A DNA stretch of 64,000 nucleotides from the NCBI RefSeq assembly GCF_009914755.1, contig NC_060928.1; one strand, given 5' to 3'. Positions 28,472 to 41,499 of the stretch are shown here, piece by piece (the first letter of the stretch is position 1; the number at the start of each line of letters is the position of its first letter). Under the pieces are notes generated by a model. That model ran no database searches. It saw nothing but the letters and a program-made list of their open reading frames with translations, and was not told the origin of the DNA. Made by a program: the position numbers and the translations under genes. The DNA is from the human T2T-CHM13v2.0 reference genome, Homo sapiens.

Positions 28472-30687
28472 ATAAGTTCACAGGATTGGTCAGTTACTGA
28501 AAATAGAAAGAGAATTGGAGAGTATCCTCAAAATCTCTTATTTTAAGTTTAGGAGAAATATAGTGTACATGAAATTCCTCTGGCAGATGTAAAATAATGA
28601 ATGATTTGTATCTAGTCAAATAAAAGATCTGGACTTTATATTGAAGATATTGTAGATGAGCATAAGTATATGTAAATATAGCTCAATTCTGCTTAACAGC
28701 TGAGTTACCTTATATGTTGAGGGTTAGACAGAATAAATAACTCCGTTTTGGAAAAATAACTTTAGAATTGATCTGGATAGAGACACAAAAGTCAGTGAGA
28801 AGAAAAACAAAACTTTATTTCTGATATAACTGATCATAAGAATGGACTTTACAACTCACTATAGTTACTTTCTTTATTTTTACTCCAAATGTAGATTTAC
28901 CCATTCAGATACAAACAGAGCTAAAATATTGCTGATCAAACTTATGGCAGCAGACCCTTAATTATATGTCAGCAAATCCACAAAAAGATAGTTTGTGTAG
29001 ACAAGCATTTTAAAAAAATACCTAGACAGGGTTGTGTCATACCTACCAGATTCCTTCCCACAAATTACTCCCATATAATTCTCTCCTTTGTATCTGGGGA
29101 AAATTGAGAAAGTTAGACCTGAGACTAATGGAGTAATTATATTATATTTTCTTCCACATGACAATATGTGTGAAGTAATTTGTTCTTTTATATACTAATT
29201 TTACTTTTACTGTTCTGTTTATGTTTTATTTTTATGTAAAGAAGAAGATATCTTATTTCACATTATAAAATAAAATATAAAAAGAACAGTAAAATTAAAA
29301 ATAGTATATATGAGAACAAACTGTTAGCAACTGGGCCTTTATACATGTTATTACTTCTCTCTAACATGTTACTTCCTAACAGTATTCAGTTCATAGATTT
29401 CCATGAAAACATTATTTGTTAAGGGAAGTTTCCTGGAAGGGACTGGGACTTTATCTTTAGTCTCCTCAATCAGAGTAACTATTAGCCAAGAATTTTCTAT
29501 TCAGCAAAACTAAGATTCATAAATGAAAGAGAAATAAAGTTTCTCCTAGACAAGCAGGTGTTGAGTGCATTTGTCACCACTAGACCAGCCCTATAAGAAA
29601 TGCTAAAAGGAGTTCTAAATATCTAAAGAAACGTTCAATATGCACCAGCATAAAACACTTAAAAGCATAAAACTCACAAGGCTTACAAAATAGTAATACA
29701 ATGAAGAAAACAAAGCAGCTAAGTAACAATCAAAAGTATGACTGGACCATTACCTCATATAGCAATATCAATGTTAAATGTCAATGATCTAAATGCCCCA
29801 CTTAAGAGATACAGATTGGAAGAATTGATATAAAAAAAAAAGCACAAACCAAATAGCTGTTGTCTTTAAGGGATTTATCTAACTCATGGAGATTGTTACA
29901 GACTTGAGGTGAAGAAGTGAAAAAAGCGTTTCATGCAAATGTTAATCAAAAGTGAGCAAGAGTATCTATTCCGATATCGGATAAAAAAGACTTTAAAGCT
30001 ATAAGAGTGAAAAAATACAAAGAATGTAATTATATAATAATAAAGGCATCAATTTAACAAGAAGATATAACAATCCTAAATATATATGCATCTAACTCCA
30101 GAGCTCCCAGAATTATACAAATGCTACTAGACCTAAGAAAGTAAATAGACAGCAACACAATAATAGAGGAAGACTTGAACACTGCACTGACAGCACTAGA
30201 CAGATCATTGAGGCAGAAAGTCAATAAAGAAACACTGGATTTAAACTGGACACTAGAACAAATGGACCAAATAGACATTTGAAAAACATTCTACCCAAAA
30301 ACTGCAGAATATACATTATTTTCATCTGCACATGGAACATTTTCCAAGATAGATTATATGATAGGCAAGACAACAAGTCTTAGTATACATTTTTTTAAAA
30401 ATCAAAATTATGCCAACTGTCTTCTCAGGCCACAATGGAGTAAACCTGGAAATCAACTAAATAAGGAATCTTTAAAACTATACAAATACATGGAAAGTAA
30501 ACAGTATACTCCTTAATGACCTTTGGGCTAACAATGAAATTAAGATAAAAATTTTAAAAGTTTTCAAAATGAATGTTAACAGTGATGTGAGTTATCTAAA
30601 TTTTGGGGATGCAGCAAAAGCTGTGTTAGAGAAAAGTTTATAGTAATAAATGCCTGCATAAAAACAGAAAAATTATAAATTGACAAT

Positions 30688-31045
30688 TGATAGGTTTTGG
30701 CTCTGTGTCCCCACCCAAATCTCATCTTGTAGCTTCCATAATTTCCACATGTTGTGGGAGGGACTCGATTAGGGATAATTGAATCATGAGGGCAGGTCTT
30801 TCCCATGCTGTTCTTATAATAGTGAGTAAGTATCACAATATCTGATAGTTTTAAAAAGTGGGAGTTTCCCTGCACAAGTTCTCTCTTTGCCTGCTGCCAT
30901 CCATGTAAGACTTGACTTGCTCCTCCTAGACCTCCACCATGATTGTGAGGTCTTCCCAGCCATGTGGAACTGTAAGTCCATTAAACCTTTTTTCTTCTCA
31001 GTCTTGGGTGTGTCTTTATTAGCAATGTGAAAACAAACTAATACA
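30688..31045 (+). mobile_element. THE1B-like solo LTR nested in L1
   Basis: TGATAGGTTTTGGCTCTGTGTCCCCACCC..ACTAATACA; TSD ACAAT/ACACT. Confidence 0.88.
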
Positions 31046-31690
31046 ACACTCTAATATCTCACCTTGAGGAACTAGAAAAACAAAAACAAACCAATCCAAA
31101 ACTAGCAGAGGAAAATAATAGCAAACATCAGAGTGAAACTAAAAATAATTGAAACAAACAAGAAAAAAACATACAAAGGATCAATGAAATAAAATGCTGG
31201 TTCTTTGAAAAAATAAAATTTGTAGACCATTAGCTAGATTAACCCAAAAAAGAAGAAAAAGGATTCATAAAGCTTAATCAGAAATGAAAAGGATACTACA
31301 GAAATAAAAACAAAGTTCAAGACTATTATGAATACCTTTATGCATACAAACTAGAAAATCTAGATGAAATGGAACATTTTCTAGAAACATGCAATTTCTA
31401 ACCTTAAGGAAGAAATAGAAATACAAAATGGATCAATATTAGGCAGTGAGATTGAATCAGTTATACATATAAAAAAAAAACTCCCAAGAAAAACAAAAGC
31501 CCAGGACTGGACAGACTCATAGGAATTTATGCCAGACATTAAAAGAAGAATTGGTACTAATTCTACTGAAATTATTCTAACATTTTGAGAAGAGGAAATC
31601 CTCCCTGTTCCCACAAACCCAGTATCATCCTAATACCAAAAGCAGGACAAGACCAAGCAAAAAAAGAAAACTGTAGTCTAATATTACCGA

Positions 31691-32043
31691 TGGTATGGTT
31701 TGACTTGGTTGAATTATAATTCCAATGTGTCAAGGAAGGGACCTGATGGGAAGTAATTGGATCATGGTGGCAGTTTCCACCATGCTGTTATCATGACAGT
31801 GAGTGAGTTCTCACAAGAACTGATGGTTTTAAAGTGTGACATGTTCTTCTTCTTACTCTCTCTCTCTCCTGCCACTTTGTGAAGAAGGTGCCTGCTTCTC
31901 CATCTTCCACCATGATTGTAAGTTTCCTGAGCACCCCCCCACCACCAGCCATGTGGAACTGTGAGTCAATTAAGCCTTTTGTGATTATTAATTACCCAGT
32001 CTCGGGTAATATCTCTATAGCAGTGTGAAAACAGACAAATATA
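31691..32043 (+). mobile_element. MSTA-like solo LTR nested in L1
   Basis: TGGTATGGTTTG start; CATGATTGTAAGTTTCCTGAG; TTACCCAGTCTCGGGTA; L1 ORF2 resumes after it. Confidence 0.82.
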
Positions 32044-34449
32044 CCCGTAAACATAGGTGCAAAAGTCCTCAACAAAACTCTAACAAACCAAATACAAGGG
32101 CACATCAAAAAGATAATTCACCATGGTCAAGTGGGTTTCATCCCAGGGATGCAATTATGGTTAATGTGCACAAGTCAGTAAATGTGATTCACCACATAAA
32201 CAGGATTAAATAAAAAATATATGATCATCTCAACAGAGAAAAAGCATTTGATAAATTCAACATCCCTTATTGATAAAAACACTAAACAATCTCACCGTAG
32301 AAGGAATACTCATCCAAATGATAAAAGCTGTATATGACAAAACTTTTAGCCAAAAGCATACTGCACAAGAAAAAATTGAAAGAACCCCCACTAAGTATTA
32401 AAAGAAGACTATAATGCCCACTTTCACCACAAAGAATTGAACACAGTACCAGAAATCCTAGCCAGAGCAGTCAGTCAAGAGGAAGAAATAAAGGCATTTA
32501 AATTGGAAAAGAGGAATTCAAACTATCTGTCTTTGCAGATGATATAACCTTATAAATAGGCAGCCCTAAAAACTCCTCCAAAAGACTCCTAGATTTCATA
32601 AATGAATTCAGTAAATTCTTAGGTTACAAAAAGAATGTATACAAATCAGTGGCACTGCTATACAGCAATAATGGCTAAGCTGAAAATCAAAGTAAGAACT
32701 CAGTCACATTTATAATGGCTACAAAAGCAACACAAAACAAAAATACCCATTGGAACACACTTAACACAGGATAAATGTAAAACCCTGATTAAAGAAATCA
32801 TAGATCACACAAACAAACAAAGACATTCTATGCTCATGAATCAGAAGAACCAAGATTATGAAAATAACCATACTGTCCAAAGCAATCTACAGATTTAATT
32901 CAATTTCCATCAACATATCAACATCATTTTTGGTATTTAGAATGAGAAATAGCAATGCTTAAATTCATGTGAAACAAACAAACAAAAAAAAAGAGCTCAA
33001 ATAGCAATCCTGAGAAAAATGAACAAATCTGGAGGCATCAGATTACCCAAGTTCGAATTATACTACAGGGCTATAGTAACCAAAACAGCATAGTACTAGT
33101 ATAAATGTAGATACATAGACCAATGAAACAGCAGCCAGAAATAAATCCAAATACCTACAACCAACTGATCTTCAACAAACCAGACAAAATTATACACTGG
33201 GGAAAGGACACTGTATTCAATAAATGATCTTAAGAAAGTTGGATAACCAAAGGTAGAAGAATGAACCCTTTGTTCATTCTTGTGATTATATCTGGACCCC
33301 TATGTTTCACCATATACAGAAATTAACTGAAAATGGGTTAAAGGCTTAAATCTAAGACCTGAAACACAAAAAAATTCAAAAAAAAAAAAACAAAAAAACT
33401 AGGAAAAACTCTCTGAACATTAGCCTAGGCAAAGAATTTATGACTAAGACTCCAAAAGCAAATTAAACAAAAACAAAAATAGATAAATGGGACTTAATGA
33501 AACTAAAAAGCTTCTGCATAGCAAAAGAAATAATCAACAGAGTAAACAGAAAACTTACCGAATTTGAGAAATTACTTGCAAACTATGCATCTGACAAAGG
33601 ATTAATATCCAGAATCTATAAGAAACTCATACAAATCAGCAAAAAAAAAAAACATTAAAAAGTTGGAAAATGACATGAACAGATATGTCTCAAAAGGTGA
33701 TATATAAATGGCCAAGAAACATGAAAAAATATTCATACTTCACTAATCATCAGGGAAATGCAAATTAAAATAAGAGTGAGATATCACATTGGGCCAGCCA
33801 GAATGGCTATTATTAAAAAGTCAACAATAGATGTCACAGATGTGGTGAAAAAGAAACGCTTTCACACTGTTGGTGAGAATGTAAATTTTAACAGTACAAC
33901 CTCTGTGGAAAACAGTATGGCAATTTCTCAAATAACAAATAGTAGATCTACCATTCAATCCAGCAGTCTCACTACTGGGTAACTACTGAAAGGAAAGGAA
34001 GACATTATATCAAAAACACACCTGTGTGTATATGTTTATTGCAGCTCAATTCACAATTGCATTGTATATACACACATCGTGGAATACTACTCAGCAATAA
34101 ATAAGAAAACAACATTTTTGGAGCAACTTGGGTGGAACTGGAGGCTATTATCCTAAGTGAAGTAACTCAGGAATAGAAAACTAATACTGCCTATTCTCAC
34201 TTATAAGTGGTATCTAAGCTATTTGTATGCAAGGGCATACAGAATGGTGTAATAGACACTGGAGATCCAGAGGAGGGAGGGTGGAAGGGGGGTGAGAGAT
34301 GAAAAATTACCCATTTGGTACAGTGAACACTGTTCAGGTGACCAGTGCACTAAGCCCAGACTTTACCAGTATACAATTCATCCATGTAATCAAAGAAACA
34401 CTGGTACCCCTGAAGTTATTAAAATAAAAACTTTTTTAAAAAAAGTTTA

Positions 34450-36190
34450 AATTTTCACAAATTTGGGCAATTTATAGATAATTATCCATGAACAAGTATC
34501 ATCCGTGAGCATGATATGTTTCTCTATTAATTTAGGTTTTCTTAATTTGCTAAGTAATGGTCTGTTATTTTCTGTGTAGAAATCTTGTACATTTTTGTTG
34601 CATTTATTTATAAATATGTTTGGGTTTGATGCAATTGTAAATATTATTACCTACAAAAAAATTTGTTGTATTGGCATATTGCTGTTAGATATCAGTAAAA
34701 TTAATTTTTGTAGTGATGTTATAAATTTAATTATTGTATTTTTTTAATATTCTACAATAACATCTATAAGTTTGAATAGCACATTCATTTTTATTTCTTA
34801 AACTCTATTTTCTTTTCCCTTATTTTGCTAGCAGTGTATTTCAGTTTAATGTTACATTGAGGTGATGATAATGAAAATCCTTTTTTTAAATTTCTAACTT
34901 CACTGGAAAAGGTTGAAATATTATATCATTAATCATTATGTATGCTTTAGAGTTTTGATGTGCTTATAAAATGAAGAGAGTTTTTTTCTTTTTAATTTTC
35001 GAAGTGTTTTTAATCATAGAATAGATTTTTGGTATTTTTCTGCATCTATCTAATAATCATAAGATGTGTGTTTATTGCACTATTTTTTTTTAAATGTTAA
35101 AACAATTTTTAGTTCTAAATAACCTTTTACTTGTAAAATTTGTATTTTTATATTTAAGTTGTGTCTTTTTATAAGCAGCAAACAGATTTTCTCTCTATTC
35201 TCAGATACTGATTTCTTAATTTGACCTTACAATACAATGTAATTTCTGATGCCTTTGAACTTGTAAGTCATCTCATCGTTTGCTTTCTATTTCTTCCATT
35301 CTTATATTATTTTGCCTTTCCTTTTTGGCTGTCTAGTAAATTAATCATATTTGTGTTATTTTCACATTTACACACACCCCACTTGTTAATTCTACATTAT
35401 TTTACTATTAATTTATTGAGTACCCTAGATATTTCTATATATCCTTGTTATATTCTAATAATTATTATTTTACTACTTACTGTAATAATGCAATAAATCA
35501 AAGAGCTACTTCTATTTACTTTTCCTCTCATTTTTGTGATATTGTTGCTGTATGTTTTATTCACAAGTATAAATGTTTTAAGACATTACGACTAGATTAG
35601 GCTTTCTACATTAATTTAAATTAATTTATAATTTTGCCCTTCATATTTCTGTTTCTATTTTTTTTTGCATCAACATGGGATATTTTTATTTGAACAAGCA
35701 AATTACATTTATGTTTTCAATTTCGAAGGAATCCTTTTTAGTATTTTATCTGAAAATGTGCTTATTTCTCTTTATTTGAAGAGATATTTTGCTGGGTTGG
35801 AATTCTATGTTGGCTTCTTGGATTTTTTTTTTTTTTTTGTAGTTTGATGACATAATTTGATTGGCTTCTTCTGTTTTGGGCATTTATTATTTTGGTCCGT
35901 AAGTAAACTACCATTCTTATTTTGCTTTTTGCTTTTCAGCTGCTTTAAAATATTGTGTTCATTTTTACATTTTGTCAGTTTTTATCTAATATTTTGTGTG
36001 CATTTTATTTCAAATTGTCTCACTTTCTAAAACTTTCAGAGTCTTGACATAATGTATGTCTTTTATCAGTTTTGGAAAATTCTTATTATTGTTTCTTTAC
36101 GTATTTTTTTCTGTCTGTTCTCTTGTCTCCTTTGAGGACTCCAACTACACATAAAATACCTTTCAACAAACCTATGTGTTTTATATACTT
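34450..36190 (-). mobile_element. Old L1ME-type fragments
   Basis: T-rich antisense L1 (TTTGAAGAGATATTTTGCTGGGTTGGAATTCTA; TCAGTTTTGGAAAATTCT). Confidence 0.55.
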
Positions 36191-36192
36191 TT

Positions 36193-36552
36193 TTCTATGA
36201 ACTTAACTGTGACTCCCTGCTTTACTTCATATGTTAAAGACCTAACCTCCAATGCAATGATACTTAAACACTTGGCCACTGGGAATTAAGTAGGTTTAAA
36301 TGAGGTCATGAGGGTGGGGCTCTCATGATGGGATTAGTGGCTTTAAGACAACAGAGAGCTTGCTTCTTCTTTGCCATGGAGGACACAGAGAGAGCTGTCC
36401 TCAACATGGGAACACAGCCCTCACCAGAAAACCAAATTGGCCAGTACTTTGATTTTGGACTTCCCAGCCTTCAGAATTATAGGAAGTAAATATTTGCTAT
36501 GTAAGCTACCCAGTCTATAGTATTTTGTTACAACAGACCAAGCTGACTAATA
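36193..36552 (+). mobile_element. MLT1A-like LTR
   Basis: TGAGGTCATGAGGGTGGGGC..CCCTCACCAGAA..GGACTTCCCAGCCTTCAGAA..GCTGACTAA. Confidence 0.8.
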
Positions 36553-36671
36553 TGCTATTTGTTCTCTCTTTCCTTTTGGTAAAAATTTTACTTCCTTCTA
36601 TTCTCAGTGCTTTTGTATGAATATTTTCTTCTATTTTATGAACTCTTTTTTGTAATTATTTATTTTATATA

Positions 36672-36961
36672 CAGTTGTCCTTTGGTATCCACAGGGGATT
36701 GGTTTCAGGATCCTTCATGGAAACTCATCAGCAAATGCTCAACTCTCATATAAAATGGCATAGTATTTGCATATAACCTATGCATTTCCTCCTGTTTACT
36801 TTAAATCATCTCTGTATTAAGTATAATACCTAATACAATGTAAATTCTGTGTAAATAGTTTACACTGTATTATTTTTATTTCTATTTTTTGTTCTTGTAT
36901 TTTTTGAATACTTTTGATTGAATTTGTGGATGAGGAACCCATGAATACAGAGGGATGACTA
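36672..36961 (+). mobile_element. MER2 (TcMar-Tigger) DNA transposon
   Basis: CAGTTGTCCTTTGGTATCC..ATACAGAGGGATGACTA terminal inverted repeats; TA on both flanks. Confidence 0.88.
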
Positions 36962-37039
36962 TATCTAAGGTATACATAATAATGTTTTGATATTTTTAAA
37001 TGTAAGTACTGCTAGACATATTTCTTTACTTTCAGTTTT

Positions 37040-39220
37040 ATTTATTAATTTTTTTAAGTTTTAAATATTCCTGATTTGGATCATGCGGAGAGGACATGGT
37101 CTGACCTGATGTAATAGCCAATAATTTAAGGGTTGAGACGGAGTCAGGCCTCGGGTTTACTTTAAAAAAATCCCAAATCATATTTATTTTTTTAGCTATC
37201 ATGATCAGGGTCTTTAATTGTGCCTTCTTTCTTTTCCTGTATCTGGCATAACATTTACAAGACATACGTAATGCTAATACGGTGAAAAATTCCTAGCAAA
37301 GATTAGGCATCCAAAAAAGTTATAGGTAGAGTCAGAGGGGAGTAAACAACCTGACCAGCCACGAAAACCACTGAATGCATCATCATATTTTTCAATCAGA
37401 CTCACAATGTGTTTACTTTCCTTATCAAGGGTCATTTGAACCTTATGATAAATCTTATTTGAGGATTGTAGGCCTGACACTAAATAAGAAACCAATAAAT
37501 GTAATTTCTCTTCTGACCAATTTATCTCCATAGGTATAACATCCTATGTTATAAATTAAATGCAAGGAATGCCTGGTGCCCAATGTCTAAATTGTCATAG
37601 GACTTGTTAACAGTGGACAAATCAATTTTTCACACCACTTTTGTATTGCACCATATACTGGTATTTGGGAGAGAAAAGGTTTTGTCACAGGAGAAATCAC
37701 ATCATTCTACAGTGTTGTTTTGTTGTCCCACTCAACAGAAGCGGCCCTTCCCCATATACCAGATGCTATGTCCCATGGGGGTGGATATTAGAGGCCAAGT
37801 TTGGGAAAAATCAGGGTTCCAAGTGGTTTGAAGGCATAGCCATTCTCCTTTTCTGTTTTCACAATCTGCAAGGGAGATGGTGTGCCAAGTGTTATTATCA
37901 GCTAAAATAGCCCACCTATTTCCTAGGAGTGGGCATTCTTGTATTGTTTACTGTAGCCCCAATTCCTGCCCGTTGGATGACAGAGTACCTTTGAGCCTCA
38001 TTTAACTTCTGTGTCTGTGCTCTGAGAACACAATGTTGAAGGTCACGTTTAACATCCAAAAATCTTCATAAGTTTGGGGGACCATATATTTTGCACAGGA
38101 GTTTGGATTGTGCCTCAGTACTGAGGATTATAGGCCATTGCTTCATAGCCACGTCAGATTCCATTTGTGATTAAATAGACATGAACCCCTTTTGGGGAAG
38201 AGTACATCCTTGTTCCCATCTTTGGTTTGGGAGCATGTTTTCATGGTTTCTCTGGTTTCTTCTATCCATTTGATGAGTGCTGCATTATCTTTTAAAGCAG
38301 CTTCCCATCTTTTTCCCTCTTCCTGGAATGGCATTTCTTCTATGTGGCCTATTTTTGATAGGAAAGTTTTTTCTAAAGAATGTCTCTCTTTGTTAGTCAT
38401 GAACTCAGATTGCTTCAATATGCCTAGCCCAGCTCCAACTCCTCCAGCGAGGTCACGCTTTAGTTTTTTGTGTGGCCAATTTTGGCATATCCATTGGGAA
38501 TACTGTTGCCGTTGTACACTAATGGCATTTGCACAATTTGATAAATAGAGTCAATCCAGAGCTGCTGGGTATCCCAAACAATTGTTAGGTGAGGGGATGT
38601 TACCTCTAAGTATACTCTTGTCTGGGCATTCCATAAGGCTTCCTAGAGGCATCCTGGTCTTAGTGTGGAATTTATGCCATCAGGGACCTCTGTCCACCAA
38701 TTGACTCCCATAAATAATTCTTTAAGGGTGGTGTCAGTGTGCTTGGTGATGGATGGGGGCATCCAGCGCAAGCACAGGGCTGGTAGTTATTTAGCAGGCC
38801 AAGCTATGGCAGTTTACATAGGAGGCAGCTAGATTTTTCCCATTGTAATCAGGCAATTGTCTCAACTAATCATCCCCAATATCTATTGCTATGCAATGTT
38901 CTACCTGGTTAGACCCTCTCAGTGATCATCCTGAAGCATTTTTAGGCAATATTCCTGCAGGACATCATATTTGGTTGTAGACCTATAATAGAGATACCCT
39001 AAAAAAGGGCACCTCAGGGAATGTTTAGAATCGTGCTGCTCCATGTAACAGTCTTCATTTTGTCCTGGTCTATATCATACCAAACGAAGTGTGCTCTGCC
39101 TACAGGAAGATTGCTGAGGTTTGCAGGGAACCAGGAGAAATGTTCAGGTTTGAAAAGAGAAGGAGTGTTGGGTAAGCAGACAGAGGAGACTGTGGTAATG
39201 AGAAAGAACAAGTAAAACAT
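37040..39220 (-). pseudogene. env: Atypical (non-gamma) envelope glycoprotein, disrupted
   Basis: Signal-like MFYLFFLITTVSSVC; KLKR/DLAGGVGAGLGIL at 38466-38416; Cys-containing ectodomain; hydrophobic segment followed by basic tail CKCYARYRKRKK. Confidence 0.75.
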
Positions 39221-39348
39221 TTTCCTGACTTTAGCAAGGGAATGTATAGCCATACCCATTTAGAAATTTATACCAAGGAAGATTGCATAGATTCCAAACA
39301 GCTTCTTAGGGGCCTCAGTTAAAACATGCAGGGTTTTAGCAATATTCT

Positions 39349-39372
39349 CTAGCAAAGAAAGTAAAAATGAGA
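39349..39372 (-). promoter_or_regulatory. Candidate env splice acceptor
   Basis: TCTCATTTTTACTTTCTTTGCTAG between the pol end and the env ATG. Confidence 0.45.
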
Positions 39373-39539
39373 ATTATTTTAGGGTTCATGAGTACTGGCC
39401 TGATCTGGCATCTCTGGAGGTATGTTGGCTTTTGTTTTAGTCCTAGAGACCGGCTGAGTCTCCAGTGTTCTCTCGATTTGCAGGTGGTATCAGAGACTGG
39501 TTCAGAAGTCTAGGGGTGGTCAGGAATGTGGTAAGGCCA

Positions 39540-40500
39540 TCATTTTAGGTGTGAAATGTGAATCCAAAAAGCGACTCCCGTTAAGTTTAAAGCACAAGAG
39601 TTGGTTAAAAGCACATGATAAGGTCCTTTCCAGTGGGCTGTACAGAATCCTTCAGTTGGTGTCTTTTTCAATATACAAAGTTAGCTGATTGCTGTAATCT
39701 GTGGTCTTTGGGGTCATCAAGCCCCTGGAGCTCACTGTGGAAAGATTCTGTTACCAGCTTTGTTTTATTTGTTAAAGTTTTGAGGAGCCTTCGAGAATAG
39801 TGCAATATTTTCCCTTTGAATAAGGCTGGTTCATATAAGCCCTCATCCAGCCTCACAGGTCTCCCTGTTACGATTTCATAAGGTGATAAACAATGTTTTC
39901 CAAAAGTAGTGGATCTAAGATTAAGCAAGACCAGTGGGAGTAATTTTGGCCAAGAGTGGTTAAAAGCCTCTGTCAACTTAGCTAATTGAGTTTCTATTGT
40001 GTCATTTGTCCATTCCACCAACCCAGAGGATTGGGGATGGTAGGCACAATGGAAATGTTCTGTTATGGGCCAGATTTTGCAAATGGATTGAACAGCTTGT
40101 CCAGTAAAATGAGTCCCACAATCACTGTGCAGCTCAGAAGGAGTTACCCAAGCTGGAATGATTCTAACAAAATCTTTCCCTACTGTTAAGGCGGTAGCTC
40201 TCCAACAAAGAAATGCTTCTACCCAATAAGAAAACATACAAACTAAGACCAGAATGCATTTGAAAATTTGAGATGGTGGCATCTGGATAAAATCCAACGG
40301 CCATACTTCAGGAGGTCCTATTGGCAAAGGAAAATGACTTTGGGAGCCACGTAAGAGCTTGTCAGGTTATGTTTTGAGCATAATAGTACATTGAGAGTAT
40401 ACATTTTGGGCTACCATGGGGGATGGTTTTCAAAAGTATTGTCTTCCTCATGATACCATTTTTTTTTCAGGGGCCCCATGGGTCATGTCGTGAATAAACT
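39540..40500 (-). pseudogene. pol: Integrase (219-codon open core plus GPY/F domain)
   Basis: LDFIQM..SDCGTHF..(35 aa)..E gives intact D,D(35)E; downstream [19 protein letters not shown]. Confidence 0.92.
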
Positions 40501-40699
40501 TAAGGAAAGGCAATTGTGTACCTATTGGAACTGTCAGTTTTTTATTAGGCTCTAGCCATAATTCCTTAAATGGTTCAAACATGCCTCCCTTCTGCTGACA
40601 GGTGTGTTTCTCTTGAGGGCTAGATGCTTGTTGATATTGAAAAAGAATGTTAGGGTATTTGGAGGATGAAAGATACATTCCTGTACAGAATAGGCTATA

Positions 40700-41110
40700 T
40701 TTCCTGGAGCAGCATTTTTTGCTGCAGCATCAGCTAGATTATTTCTTTTTGCTTCTTTAGTGTTATCCTTTGAGTGCCCAGGAATTTTTATGATTGCAAG
40801 TTGCCTTGGCATCTGAATTGCTTCTAGTAACTCTGAGACTTGTTGCCCATTTTGTATGGGCTGTCCAGATGAGGTAAGAAAATATTTATTTCCATGCCAA
40901 AATCATGGGCTACTCCGAAAGTATATCAACTATTGGTATATATATTTGCCACTTTTCCTTTAGCAAATTTGCGAGCCTTCTGGGCTGATTTGACTCCTTG
41001 GAGTTGGGCACTTTTGATTATTTCTGTTATAAAAATGATGATATATCCTGCCTGGTAATGCCCCTGGTTGTCCCTTAAATAAGAACCAACCATGAACCAA
41101 ATTAATTCAG
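40700..41110 (-). pseudogene. pol: RNase H remnant
   Basis: WFMVGSYL..HYQAGY; NIYTNS; AIIKIPGHSK..NNLADAAAK. Confidence 0.85.
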
Positions 41111-41499
41111 CATTCTCAATGGGAGTTTCCTGTAAATCTTCTTTAGGGGAGAGTAAGATATTAGTAGGTAAATTGTAATCACGTTTCTCTTCCTTTTGTT
41201 GTTTACCTGGAAGGGGGAGAAGGGTAGCAGTGTTAACGGTGTTACAGTGCTTTGAAGTGATGCTGGGGGCAGAAAGCAGGAGTATCTCATAAGAGGTGAG
41301 GTGGCTAACAGAATAGTGTCAAGTGTGGTGAGCACTTAGAAGAGATCTCACTGAGTAAGGGGCATAGATGTTAGAAGGGACACTGGGACAAATTCTTTGA
41401 CATTTTTGCATAAGGTGGCTGTAGCTGATGTAGCCCTCATACAAGGAGTGTGCCCCCCTGCAACTGGATCTGTTGACTGAAATAACAAATTGGCCTGTG

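Larger units (their letters stand above)
29436..34445 (+). mobile_element. L1PB4-like, 5'-truncated (ORF1 end, ORF2, 3' UTR), interrupted by THE1B and MSTA
   Basis: Degenerate EN/RT (TTTGCAGATGATATA = FADD); L1PB-type 3' UTR ending GCCCAGACTTTACCAGTATACAATTCATCCATGTAA..AAATAAAAA. Confidence 0.88.

Noticed and set aside
37620-38150. Several TGA stops at possible Trp codons suggesting APOBEC3 hypermutation
   Set aside because: Too few sites, and the ancestral state is unknown without a consensus
38192-38548. 118-aa plus-strand ORF antisense to env
   Set aside because: No recognisable domain; likely a shadow of the env reading frame
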